44,775 nucleotides of DNA. It comes from a virus. A model generated the notes under the pieces. It ran no database searches. It was not told where the DNA came from and saw nothing but the letters and a program-made list of their open reading frames with translations. The stretch is taken from positions 1 to 44,775 of the IMG/VR virus record IMGVR_UViG_3300029532_000007. One strand, given 5' to 3'. This document shows positions 15,778 to 23,313 of this stretch, piece by piece. Positions within the stretch are counted from its first letter, which is position 1, and each line of letters starts with the position of its first letter. A program made the translations under genes and the position numbers.

Positions 15778-16916
15778 AGTCCGTATTTCAACATATTCCT
15801 GAATATCCCCATCATCGGAGCCTTTACGATACTGTTCCCGGCCAGCTTGTATTGCTGCGTATCGCTGATTCCCACAGCTTGTATCTTGTCGATGTCGCCG
15901 TCCGAAACATCCATCAGCCGCAAACATTCTCGGGGCGTAAGGCGGCGGATGCAGCCTGCATAGTCCAGCAAATTGTTCTGCTCCCACGCACTTCCTGTAA
16001 TCGTTCCGGGAATATCCGCTTCGCCGCCTTTGTTGAAGCCGCGTCCCCGCATCAGGATTTTTGGTTCGAGGCCGCCGCCCGATTTCGTCGTTATCGTCGG
16101 GCTGATGCCGGTCGGATCGTATACCCGGTATTGCTGTCGGTTCCAGTCCGTTTCCTTTGTCGCACCGATCTGAATAGACTTGTCGGATATGAAAGTACCA
16201 GTCCAATTTGCGCAACCTTTCGCTGTTAAACACATCGCCACTTCACCGTTGATAGCCGTATATTTCCCTAACTTCTTTTTGACGTAATTTATCCCGCGCT
16301 CGTTCAAAAAATACTTCTCGTCTACCTCCAGCTCCAGCACATCTTTCAGCCGCTTTTCCAACCGAACCGGATGCGGAAACTCATACCAGCATCCGTTAAG
16401 AATGGAGAGCATAAACACACGTTCCCGGTTCTGCGGCACGCCGTAGTCTTTGGCGTTGAGTATTTCCGTGTAATTGACATAATCGAGCGAGCGAAGCCAC
16501 GATTCCCATTTGAGAAACAGCGGACGGTATTTATCCGACACGAGGGCTTTCACATTCTCCATCAGCAGGAATTTAGGACGCTTGGCCGCGATCGGCCGAC
16601 GGCATTCCCATAACAGAGATGACCGGGTACCCGAATCTTCTTCGAAGCCCTTCTGTTCTCCAGCACTACTGATGTCGGTACACGGAAACGAGTAGGTGAA
16701 CAGGTCGAAGTCCGGAACGGCGTTCCAATCGATTTTCGTGATGTCGCCGTAATTTCGGTCTGCCAACTCCGGAAATACTGCATTATGGGCTTTGATCGCC
16801 CATCTGTCGATCTCCGACCAGCCTACGCACTCGTAATTCGCACCTATGTCCCGGAGGGCCATAAGTTGGCTGTCATAGCCGGAAAAACTTGTGAATACTC
16901 GTAATTTCATGGTCAT
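15768..16916 (-). CDS. dcm: DNA (cytosine-5) methyltransferase
   Basis: Motifs FSGYDS (I), FPCTDISSAG (IV), ENV (VI), QNRERVF (VIII) and GNSI (X). Candidate starts are 16910, 16916 and 16922. Confidence 0.9.
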   Translation of the reverse strand: MTMKLRVFTSFSGYDSQLMALRDIGANYECVGWSEIDRWAIKAHNAVFPELADRNYGDITKIDWNAVPDFDLFTYSFPCTDISSAGEQKGFEEDSGTRSSLLWECRRPIAAKRPKFLLMENVKALVSDKYRPLFLKWESWLRSLDYVNYTEILNAKDYGVPQNRERVFMLSILNGCWYEFPHPVRLEKRLKDVLELEVDEKYFLNERGINYVKKKLGKYTAINGEVAMCLTAKGCANWTGTFISDKSIQIGATKETDWNRQQYRVYDPTGISPTITTKSGGGLEPKILMRGRGFNKGGEADIPGTITGSAWEQNNLLDYAGCIRRLTPRECLRLMDVSDGDIDKIQAVGISDTQQYKLAGNSIVKAPMMGIFRNMLKYGLCE

Positions 16917-16987
16917 TCGCATAACAACTCGTAATAGCTCGCCGCAAGGCTGTCTTTTCCGCCCGAAAAGGTGACGATGACTTTCAT
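16913..16987 (-). pseudogene. 24-codon relic of a PP-loop ATPase (PAPS-reductase/DndC/QueC-type N-terminus)
   Basis: Hand-translated MKVIVTFSGGKDSLAASYYELLCE*. It has a beta-strand plus an exact SGGxDS PP-loop signature and stops inside the dcm start region. Confidence 0.4.
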
Positions 16988-16998
16988 AACGTCCTCCG

Positions 16999-17796
16999 TT
17001 AATACTCCACGGCCGCCCGGCGGTCGATGAAGAAGTGGATACCCGGAGCGCATTCGTTCCAGCGGTCACCGTCAAAGTCGGAGACCTCGACGGTAGCGCC
17101 GACCGTATACACGAAGTTCGCATCATGGGTCGAATGAATTGTCTCGATGTCGGCTTTAGTTCCATCAGCATTCTGAATCTCCACCACATAGGCTTTGTCG
17201 CAGCGACATTTTTCGCCTCCGGCAGAGCTGCGGCGGGCATCCTCCGGGATTTGCAGCTTCACGATATATTCCGAAGCCTTCTTCCAGCCGATAAAACTGC
17301 CATCGGTGGGGCAAGCCATGTATGTACCTATGGCTTCGCGCAGGTCGGCTCCGTACAGGTTGGCTTCGCGCAGGTTGGCTCCGTACAGGTTGGCTCCGCG
17401 CAGGTCGGCTCCGCGCAGTTTGGCTCCGTACAGGACGGCTCCGTACAGGACGGCTCCGCGCAGGTTGGCTCCGTACAGGTTGGCTTCGCGCAGGTCGGCT
17501 CCGTACAGGTTGGCTTCGCGCAGGTTGGCTCCGCGCAGGTCGGCTTCGCGCAGGTTGGCTCCGTACAGGTTGGCTCCGCGCAGGTTGGCTCCGTACAGGT
17601 TGGCTCCGCGCAGGTCGGCTCCGTACAGGTCGGCTCCGCGCAGTTTGGCTCCGTACAGGACGGCTCCGCGCAGGTTGGCTCCGCCTTTCAAGGCCTCCGT
17701 TACCGTTTTGGCAAGCGTATTGTCAACGCTCGAATACTCGAAAAGGATAGAACCTGTCCAGCGGTTCTTGATCGATATTTTAATCTCTTTGTTCAT
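16999..17796 (-). CDS. Pentapeptide-repeat protein with non-repeat C-terminal domain
   Basis: 265 aa. About 25 consecutive A(N/D)L(R/Y)(G/E) pentapeptides are followed by a ~100-aa domain ending in CAPGIHFF. Confidence 0.9.
   Translation of the reverse strand: MNKEIKISIKNRWTGSILFEYSSVDNTLAKTVTEALKGGANLRGAVLYGAKLRGADLYGADLRGANLYGANLRGANLYGANLREADLRGANLREANLYGADLREANLYGANLRGAVLYGAVLYGAKLRGADLRGANLYGANLREANLYGADLREAIGTYMACPTDGSFIGWKKASEYIVKLQIPEDARRSSAGGEKCRCDKAYVVEIQNADGTKADIETIHSTHDANFVYTVGATVEVSDFDGDRWNECAPGIHFFIDRRAAVEY
17332..17676. repeat. 23 consecutive 15-nt tandem units (GGCTyCGyrCAGkwy) encoding the pentapeptide repeats
   Basis: Counted unit by unit. Only about 5 positions vary, and multi-unit blocks recur (e.g. 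17407-17451 vs 17632-17676). Confidence 0.95.
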
Positions 17797-17806
17797 GGTT
17801 GTTGTG

Positions 17807-18166
17807 TCACATGGTTAAATACCAACGTATTTCCGACTGGAATTCCTCGATCGTCCGGCAGACGACGTGTCTGTTCCCGTTCGTGATTGCGAGTGAACGC
17901 CATTCGATTTGCGCGTCCGATAGGACGGAACGTCGGTCGGGAGTCTTCATTTCGATACATAGGGCGTTGAAGCCTCCACGTCCGAGCAGCAGGATAAGGT
18001 CGGTAACGCCTGCCGTTACGCCCTCGGCTTTCATTATCGCGGCTTCCGTGCGGCCCCGGGCGCCGCCGTTCGGTACGGCGAACAGGAGCTTCCCGATGTC
18101 CGGGTATTGGAGTCGAAACCAGCTGACGCACATTCGTTGCAGGTGTGATTCGATGTGTCGTGTCAT
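17807..18166 (-). CDS. VRR-NUC domain nuclease
   Basis: [51 protein letters not shown] is the VRR-NUC pattern (D..ExK). Confidence 0.8.
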   Translation of the reverse strand: MTRHIESHLQRMCVSWFRLQYPDIGKLLFAVPNGGARGRTEAAIMKAEGVTAGVTDLILLLGRGGFNALCIEMKTPDRRSVLSDAQIEWRSLAITNGNRHVVCRTIEEFQSEIRWYLTM

Positions 18167-18174
18167 GGTGATTA

Positions 18175-18666
18175 TTATAACTCGTCCGGGATATTATACC
18201 GCGCCTTGTCTCCTTTGAGCACCCATCCGGGCTTCTCGGCCCCGCTAATGCGTATCGGAGCATAATCGTCCGTGCTGCCGCCGTTCCGGGCCACCTCATT
18301 GCACATCGCGGAATACGTCAGAATCCGACATTTCACATCGATGCCCAAGATGTCGGCGATCGTCAGCCGTTTGTACGTGAACGCGTCCAGCACCCTGTTC
18401 AGGGCATATTCCAGCCGCTTCCCGCTCATTCCCGTCTTCTCGATACGCTCGGCAAGGATAGAGAAGAATTCGCTCGACATATCCGGAAAACATACGGACA
18501 GTTTATGCACCACCGTGGCGATATGTGCCGCCGATGCCGGAGGCCCTGCAAGTACGGATACTTCCTCACTCCCACTCTTGGCGAGTGTGAGCGCGATAGA
18601 TTCCCTCGGCGACGGCCCGAGCGAGCTCATCAGGGCCTGGGGGTTGATTTTTTGTACTTCGCTCAT
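18175..18666 (-). CDS. Hypothetical replication-module protein (start uncertain)
   Basis: Start set at MSEVQK. This still overlaps the upstream gene by ~100 nt. A later ATG (18630) is also possible. Confidence 0.5.
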   Translation of the reverse strand: MSEVQKINPQALMSSLGPSPRESIALTLAKSGSEEVSVLAGPPASAAHIATVVHKLSVCFPDMSSEFFSILAERIEKTGMSGKRLEYALNRVLDAFTYKRLTIADILGIDVKCRILTYSAMCNEVARNGGSTDDYAPIRISGAEKPGWVLKGDKARYNIPDEL

Positions 18667-19474
18667 GGTTCTTGATTCGTTGATCTTGTTCGTACTGTTG
18701 GTTCTTGCGCAGCCAGTTATTGAAATGCCTCTTGCAGTCTCGCTTGTCTTTGACCGTCTCGCCGCTATTTTGCACATCGGCAGCGTATTCGCGGATTTTC
18801 CGCTCGACATAGGATCGGTCAAGATGCTTGTTCATGCACAACGCCTCGAGCCATACGTCCTCGCCCGCCAGATATTCCGCAATGGCCGTCACGGGGACGT
18901 ATTCGAGCGTGCCATCGGGTGGCGGTTCCGGGGGGAGCTTTTCCGCGCAACCTTTTCGGGGGGCTTTTTTCGCGCAACTTTTTTCGGGGGCTACGTCCGG
19001 GGATTTACGGGGTTGGGCTTCCTGAGCACACGCAGTGATTCCACCCATCCCCGTTTCCTCCGGGATTTCCCCTTCCTCGCGCGTGCGCGCACCAGGAGAG
19101 GGAGAAGAATAATCTATTAGAGATAGATTGTCATACTCATTCTCATTATCGGCTTTTTTGGGTTTTAAAAAACCCACTGGGTTTTTTGGGTTATTTGGGT
19201 TTTCCGATCCTCGACTGCGGCTTTCTTCCTTGCTCGGTCTCCCACCTTTCGACCCGTTCCGCTTGTTTCGCTCGATTACTTTCTGGTATTTTCCCCCGTC
19301 AATATCCATTTGGTTCTTGAAGAAGGCGAATGCCATATGTATATCTGCATCCACTTGCGTACTACCGTCTATCTGATAGAGAAATATCGCTCGGAATAAT
19401 CGCCCCAGCTGCTTATCGGACAAACCCGAAACTGGCCCATAGAATGACTTGTACAACAAAAAACTATCTTTCAT
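18566..19474 (-). CDS. Putative replication initiation/loader-associated protein with low-complexity linker
   Basis: Start MKDSFLLYKSFYGPVSGLSDKQLGRLFRAIFLYQ, an N-terminal domain common in Bacteroidota phage replication modules as far as I recall, overlaps the upstream stop. It has a P/E/K-rich linker. Confidence 0.5.
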   Translation of the reverse strand: MKDSFLLYKSFYGPVSGLSDKQLGRLFRAIFLYQIDGSTQVDADIHMAFAFFKNQMDIDGGKYQKVIERNKRNGSKGGRPSKEESRSRGSENPNNPKNPVGFLKPKKADNENEYDNLSLIDYSSPSPGARTREEGEIPEETGMGGITACAQEAQPRKSPDVAPEKSCAKKAPRKGCAEKLPPEPPPDGTLEYVPVTAIAEYLAGEDVWLEALCMNKHLDRSYVERKIREYAADVQNSGETVKDKRDCKRHFNNWLRKNQQYEQDQRIKNHERSTKNQPPGPDELARAVAEGIYRAHTRQEWE

Positions 19475-19839
19475 AGACGCATCTTCTCTTTCTCGAAGCT
19501 TATCATCGTCCGTAGATTGTCGCATTGATGCTTACAAGCGGCGTTGATCCGATCTAACCATTTGGCCAGCGCATTCAGTTCTGATGCCGAGCTATCCACC
19601 AACTTATTGGCTAATGACGCTGAAAGGCTCGCAATAACCTCTTTTTCATCATGGAACATCTTTGCAACAGCCGCATCCCGCATTCCAATGACCTCGCTTA
19701 ACAACTCTCCGCTGCGGGCATAATACACGCCCAGCTGATCGAGGCGTCCGATCATCGCGTTGATGTCGGCATCATTGAGACATTCAAGCAGGTCTTGTAT
19801 GTCCCTGGCCTCCCTTCTGATCTCGTCGATCCTTGTCAT
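19471..19839 (-). CDS. Hypothetical protein
   Basis: 122-aa helical ORF in the operon. Confidence 0.55.
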   Translation of the reverse strand: MTRIDEIRREARDIQDLLECLNDADINAMIGRLDQLGVYYARSGELLSEVIGMRDAAVAKMFHDEKEVIASLSASLANKLVDSSASELNALAKWLDRINAACKHQCDNLRTMISFEKEKMRL

Positions 19840-19978
19840 GGCGTTTCATTATTTTCTTGTACAACAATTTGGCGTTTCGCAATGCGTTCTGCCCTTTCAC
19901 GGTTTGACCCCGGCATTGATCCAGGTCCCGGAGGATGCGCACCACCTGTGCGATCTCCCACTCTTTCAACTCATACAT
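19784..19978 (-). CDS. Hypothetical small protein (weak; overlaps the next gene by 56 nt)
   Basis: 64-aa ORF whose start overlaps the exonuclease stop. Confidence 0.35.
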   Translation of the reverse strand: MYELKEWEIAQVVRILRDLDQCRGQTVKGQNALRNAKLLYKKIMKRHDKDRRDQKGGQGHTRPA

Positions 19979-20625
19979 AAGCGAACCATTTTAGCGGCTA
20001 TTTGTTCCTTGATCCGGTCGGCGTTATCAAGGGCATCGCGGACTCTCTTTAGAAATGCCTCGTCCCGATCCACACGCAGGATTTTGAGCATGAAATATCG
20101 GTTTTGACACCGAGGGTCGTAGGATATGAAATCACACCACTTGCGTCCGGTTACGAGCAGGTTCCCTTGAATCTGGGCATAGTACTCGGGATTAATACCG
20201 TGCAGCTCCGAAGCAGTCTCCAACAGCAGATATTTGGCGTGTATCGCCGAGTTGTAAGGACACTTGATCTCGATGATACCGTCCTCTCCGACTAATCCGT
20301 CGGGGCTGCCTCCAAAAGTCCGCGACCACTCGATAAAACCGCACAGATCGACCGTGTTGCCCGTGCGATCCTCGTAAGCTATCCGAGCCTCCGGCTCGTG
20401 TTGGTGCCCCCATCGGACCTCGCGTGTGTTCAGTTCGTTATAGTCCAGGCAAGTACCGTTAGTCAAATCCTCGGCCAGCTTGTCGAAAATGTAGCTTTCG
20501 GTAACCTTCGATACGTCGCCCGACCTGGGTTTGGTCATTAGCTTGTGAAGCTCTGACGAGGTGAAATGAAATAAGCGGTCGTTGAACCATTCGGGGGTGT
20601 TCTGATATGTATTCGAGCCATTCAT
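19966..20625 (-). CDS. YqaJ-type (lambda Exo-like) recombination exonuclease
   Basis: TPEWFNDRLFHFTSSELHKLM..GHQHEPEARIAYE..SPDGLV..IIEIKCP..YYAQIQGNLLVTGRKWCDFISYD. It is paired with RecT. Confidence 0.85.
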   Translation of the reverse strand: MNGSNTYQNTPEWFNDRLFHFTSSELHKLMTKPRSGDVSKVTESYIFDKLAEDLTNGTCLDYNELNTREVRWGHQHEPEARIAYEDRTGNTVDLCGFIEWSRTFGGSPDGLVGEDGIIEIKCPYNSAIHAKYLLLETASELHGINPEYYAQIQGNLLVTGRKWCDFISYDPRCQNRYFMLKILRVDRDEAFLKRVRDALDNADRIKEQIAAKMVRLCMS

Positions 20626-20637
20626 ATACTTGTTTGA

Positions 20638-21471
20638 TTATTTTTCGGGGAAAAGTTTGCCGTCATCGACCATCACCCTCTCTGCTGCTGCGGCAATATC
20701 ATCGACAGCTTTCGTCTTTGTAATCATCTCGCGCAGGTTGTCGGCCTCTTCCTTGTTGATAAGCCCGCGGAGCAGCGCGGCATTCACATCCGCCTCGGTC
20801 TTGATGGATGAAATGTCGAATACGGCTGCCTGCCGCCCCGGAGTAACGCCTTCGTAGGTGGTATCTACCACATCGCGGATTTCCTCGACCGTCTGCATCC
20901 CCATAGATATTTCCGGGGCATATGTTCGCTGGAAAAACGCCGCCGAGCGGTACTGAAGCATCAGTTCGGGCATCGTCTTCCACTTGCTGCCGGCCTTGCC
21001 GTACCATCCTTCGTCTTTGGCCATCTGCATCGACACCCAGGCGCCGTGCAGCGGGCTGCCCGTGGTCTTGTCAATGGCCCAGGCCCGACAACGCCACTTA
21101 TCCAGATCGCCTTCGTTCTCATGTTCGTAGCGAAGCGGCGAGAACCGCCCGCAGGTGTTCAGCGCAGCGATCAGGAACTTCGACGACCAGCCTACATTAC
21201 CGTAGACTACGTAGAGGTTCTGCATCACCAGCAGCGGGGACATCCCGATACGGTTGGCCATTTCCAGCGCAATGATACAGTTGGCGACAGCCTCCGGGGT
21301 TTTAGATTTCTGATACTGCTCCGGGACGATGGTGGACGAAGCCAGCGATATAGCCATGCGCTGTGCGTTCTCGAAATTGGCCTGCGAGGCGAACACGAGC
21401 ATCGAATCCCCCGATGATGGGGCCGTAATAGTCGCAGGGACGGTTTCCTGCTGAATCTTGTTATCTTCCAT
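20638..21471 (-). CDS. recT: RecT-family single-strand annealing protein
   Basis: IALEMANRIGMSPLLVMQNLYVVYGNVGWSSKFLIAALN..CRAWAIDKTTG..MAKDEGW..SKWKTMPELMLQYRSAAFF. Confidence 0.85.
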   Translation of the reverse strand: MEDNKIQQETVPATITAPSSGDSMLVFASQANFENAQRMAISLASSTIVPEQYQKSKTPEAVANCIIALEMANRIGMSPLLVMQNLYVVYGNVGWSSKFLIAALNTCGRFSPLRYEHENEGDLDKWRCRAWAIDKTTGSPLHGAWVSMQMAKDEGWYGKAGSKWKTMPELMLQYRSAAFFQRTYAPEISMGMQTVEEIRDVVDTTYEGVTPGRQAAVFDISSIKTEADVNAALLRGLINKEEADNLREMITKTKAVDDIAAAAERVMVDDGKLFPEK

Positions 21472-21483
21472 AGTTGTTGTTGG

Positions 21484-21918
21484 TTATAAGTTGTTTCGTT
21501 TTGCGTAATCGTTCATTCGTTTTGCCAGGCACGGACGGGAACAATCATAGATCGTGTCCCATACTTCTGTAACCGTGAACCCCTCATCGGGGGCGCTCAA
21601 CAGATCGTCCCATAGGTAATGACGCTCCACGGTGATGTGAAATACACCCCAGTCCACTTCGAAGGTAAATCCGTCGACATCCCCGTAGGTATAATACTGG
21701 CCTCGATCTGAATCTTGGGCATCTCCGGGTGTCTTATGTTCGAAAAAAGCGGCGAACATTTTGAAGAGCAGCTTCATCGACTTGTCAGACAATGTGAATT
21801 CGTTAAGTGTCGGACGCTTTTTGACGTTGCCCGTAATATATTCGCTCGGGATGTCTACCAGCTCCTCCGATGCCGGAAGAACCGGGGATGTTGTTGTAAT
21901 GTGATATTGCGCGTTCAT
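21484..21918 (-). CDS. Hypothetical protein
   Basis: 144-aa ORF in the operon. Confidence 0.6.
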   Translation of the reverse strand: MNAQYHITTTSPVLPASEELVDIPSEYITGNVKKRPTLNEFTLSDKSMKLLFKMFAAFFEHKTPGDAQDSDRGQYYTYGDVDGFTFEVDWGVFHITVERHYLWDDLLSAPDEGFTVTEVWDTIYDCSRPCLAKRMNDYAKRNNL

Positions 21919-21920
21919 GG

Positions 21921-22052
21921 CTAATCGAATTTTTCAAAGACACGGTTCAGAATAGCGTCTACGGTATCGTAGATGCGCTTGTCAGAGTAGACGACGCCGA
22001 AAACTGCGGCTATGGGCAACATCCACAGCAGCAAGGTTACAAGGCTTGCCAT
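21921..22052 (-). CDS. Small membrane protein (43 aa)
   Basis: Hand-translated MASLVTLLLWMLPIAAVFGVVYSDKRIYDTVDAILNRVFEKFD*. It ends 2 nt before the next start. Confidence 0.4.
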   Translation of the reverse strand: MASLVTLLLWMLPIAAVFGVVYSDKRIYDTVDAILNRVFEKFD

Positions 22053-22063
22053 AATTCAGCGGT

Positions 22064-22342
22064 TTAATGTTTGACTTTGGGAGGGAATACCCGGCTTACG
22101 AGTATGGTGCCGACAACGACAGTATAGGCCGGATACATAATGCGGAACCGAGCCAGGAAACAGCCAAGGGCGTGTTCCTCGCAGGCAGCGCGGATAACAT
22201 CAGTGTAATCGACTTTGTCCGAAGAGAACATCGGTCGTGTTGCCTTGAGGTGGCAACGATAGAATACGGTGCGGCTTTTCTTTGCGCGCGGTGTGGTCTG
22301 GGTGTTATTTACCCGGGTACCACTTTTAACATCGGTCTGCAT
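22064..22342 (-). CDS. Hypothetical protein, basic N-terminus and hydrophobic C-terminus
   Basis: 92-aa ORF, the first gene after an internal promoter and a 160-nt leader. Confidence 0.5.
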   Translation of the reverse strand: MQTDVKSGTRVNNTQTTPRAKKSRTVFYRCHLKATRPMFSSDKVDYTDVIRAACEEHALGCFLARFRIMYPAYTVVVGTILVSRVFPPKVKH

Positions 22343-22508
22343 TGTCTGTTAAAAGTTTAGTTAATATGTAAAGGGCAATAAAAAAGGCGTTGCCCCAGTC
22401 AGGTTTGCAGACCGACACTATCAGCAAGCTGAAAGTGGACAAGGGACAACGCTTTATATAGCGTTAACTATGTACTTTGTTGATGCTAATAGCATCGGTC
22501 TGCAATTG

Positions 22509-22539
22509 CAAATATACAACTTCATTTCGAATCTGCAAA
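22509..22539 (-). promoter_or_regulatory. Canonical Bacteroidota promoter on the minus strand (TTTG-N19-TAtaTTTG)
   Basis: Plus strand shows caaatata (22509-22516) and caaa (22536-22539). It shares the TGCAAATAT core with the minus promoters at 26328 and 27527. Confidence 0.6.
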
Positions 22540-22540
22540 A

Positions 22541-22750
22541 TTATTTGCCATCGGCATCGAAAAAAGGTATCGACGGCTTCTCCTTAAGGGCGATTCGGTA
22601 CATCATTTCAGCCTTTGCGCCGTTGATGATCTTACCCGCAATGTTAGCAATCTCCGATGCCTCTTTGGTCTCGATCTCTCGTGCTCGAAGCTCTGCATAC
22701 ACGCGGCCCAAATCGGCCGTCAATTCCCGGATGTTCTTAATCTCTTTCAT
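22541..22750 (-). CDS. Hypothetical small helical protein
   Basis: 69-aa ORF. Confidence 0.55.
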   Translation of the reverse strand: MKEIKNIRELTADLGRVYAELRAREIETKEASEIANIAGKIINGAKAEMMYRIALKEKPSIPFFDADGK

Positions 22751-22772
22751 CGTTTTGTTGTTTTTTGATTTC

Positions 22773-23240
22773 TCAGTATAGCTTTAGTTGAATACGTTTG
22801 TAGTCGATTGTTTCTGGGGTTACTGGGAGGTTTAAGCGTTTTAATTTATCTATTAAATAACTGTCAGTCAGTTCTTCGCGATACTTGCGTTTCATTTCCA
22901 GTAACTTTTCGGTATTGGCAGCGTACCACTTGCGGTACCTTTGCCGCTCCTTTTCGGTATTGGCTTCACGCCACTTGTGGCGTATTTCCCGTATCTTTTC
23001 GGGATTGGCGGCACGCCACTTTCGGTTATATTCCCACCTCTTTTCGGGATTGGCGGCACGCCACTTTCGGTTATATTCCCACCTCTTTTCGGAATTGGCG
23101 GCACGCCATTTGCGGTATCTTTCCGCCTCGCATTGTTTGCAAGTATGGGTACGACCTAATACGCATCCCTTATTCTTCGCAAACTCTTCCAGCGGCTTTT
23201 CCTGCCCGCATTTGCGGCAGACGCGGGTAATGTCATCCAT
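22773..23240 (-). CDS. Zinc-ribbon protein with tandem RKWRAANPEK repeats
   Basis: N-terminal CRKCGQEKP..CKQCEAERY followed by about 6 copies of (Y)RKWRAAN(P/S/T)EK. Confidence 0.75.
   Translation of the reverse strand: MDDITRVCRKCGQEKPLEEFAKNKGCVLGRTHTCKQCEAERYRKWRAANSEKRWEYNRKWRAANPEKRWEYNRKWRAANPEKIREIRHKWREANTEKERQRYRKWYAANTEKLLEMKRKYREELTDSYLIDKLKRLNLPVTPETIDYKRIQLKLY
22995..23084. repeat. Perfect 45-bp tandem duplication inside the zinc-ribbon gene
   Basis: cttttcgggattggcggcacgccactttcggttatattcccacct occurs twice back to back, with diverged copies on both sides. Confidence 0.9.
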
Positions 23241-23313
23241 AATTTCTTACTTTTAGGGGTTATTCGTAGATAGGACGCCAGCCGACAATACTACTATGGC
23301 GGTAATACTATTG

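Noticed and set aside
15082-15963. 293-aa plus-strand ORF antisense to the radical-SAM and dcm genes, plus several other long antisense ORFs (3975-4478, 29946-30527, 33056-33721, 39196-39819, 43773-44273).
   Set aside because: The opposite strand encodes motif-bearing or operon-consistent proteins. The antisense translations are Arg/Pro/Gly-rich, as is typical of the reverse frames of moderately GC-rich coding DNA.
14899-17240. The ORF-track versions of the radical-SAM (444 aa) and Dcm (490 aa) ORFs, with long N-terminal extensions.
   Set aside because: The extensions run out of frame through the upstream gene and are Arg/Pro-rich with no motifs. Internal ATGs at 15777 and 16910-16922 give proteins that begin right at recognisable domains.
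17035-17886. Three long plus-strand ORFs (283, 207 and 142 aa) with repetitive translations (VQVGSAQ.., RRLAPYRLA.., [11 protein letters not shown]..), and a CRISPR-like impression from the regular 15-nt periodicity.
   Set aside because: They are antisense read-outs of the pentapeptide-repeat array. The units are contiguous with no spacers and are in frame with a convincing minus-strand protein with non-repeat N- and C-termini.
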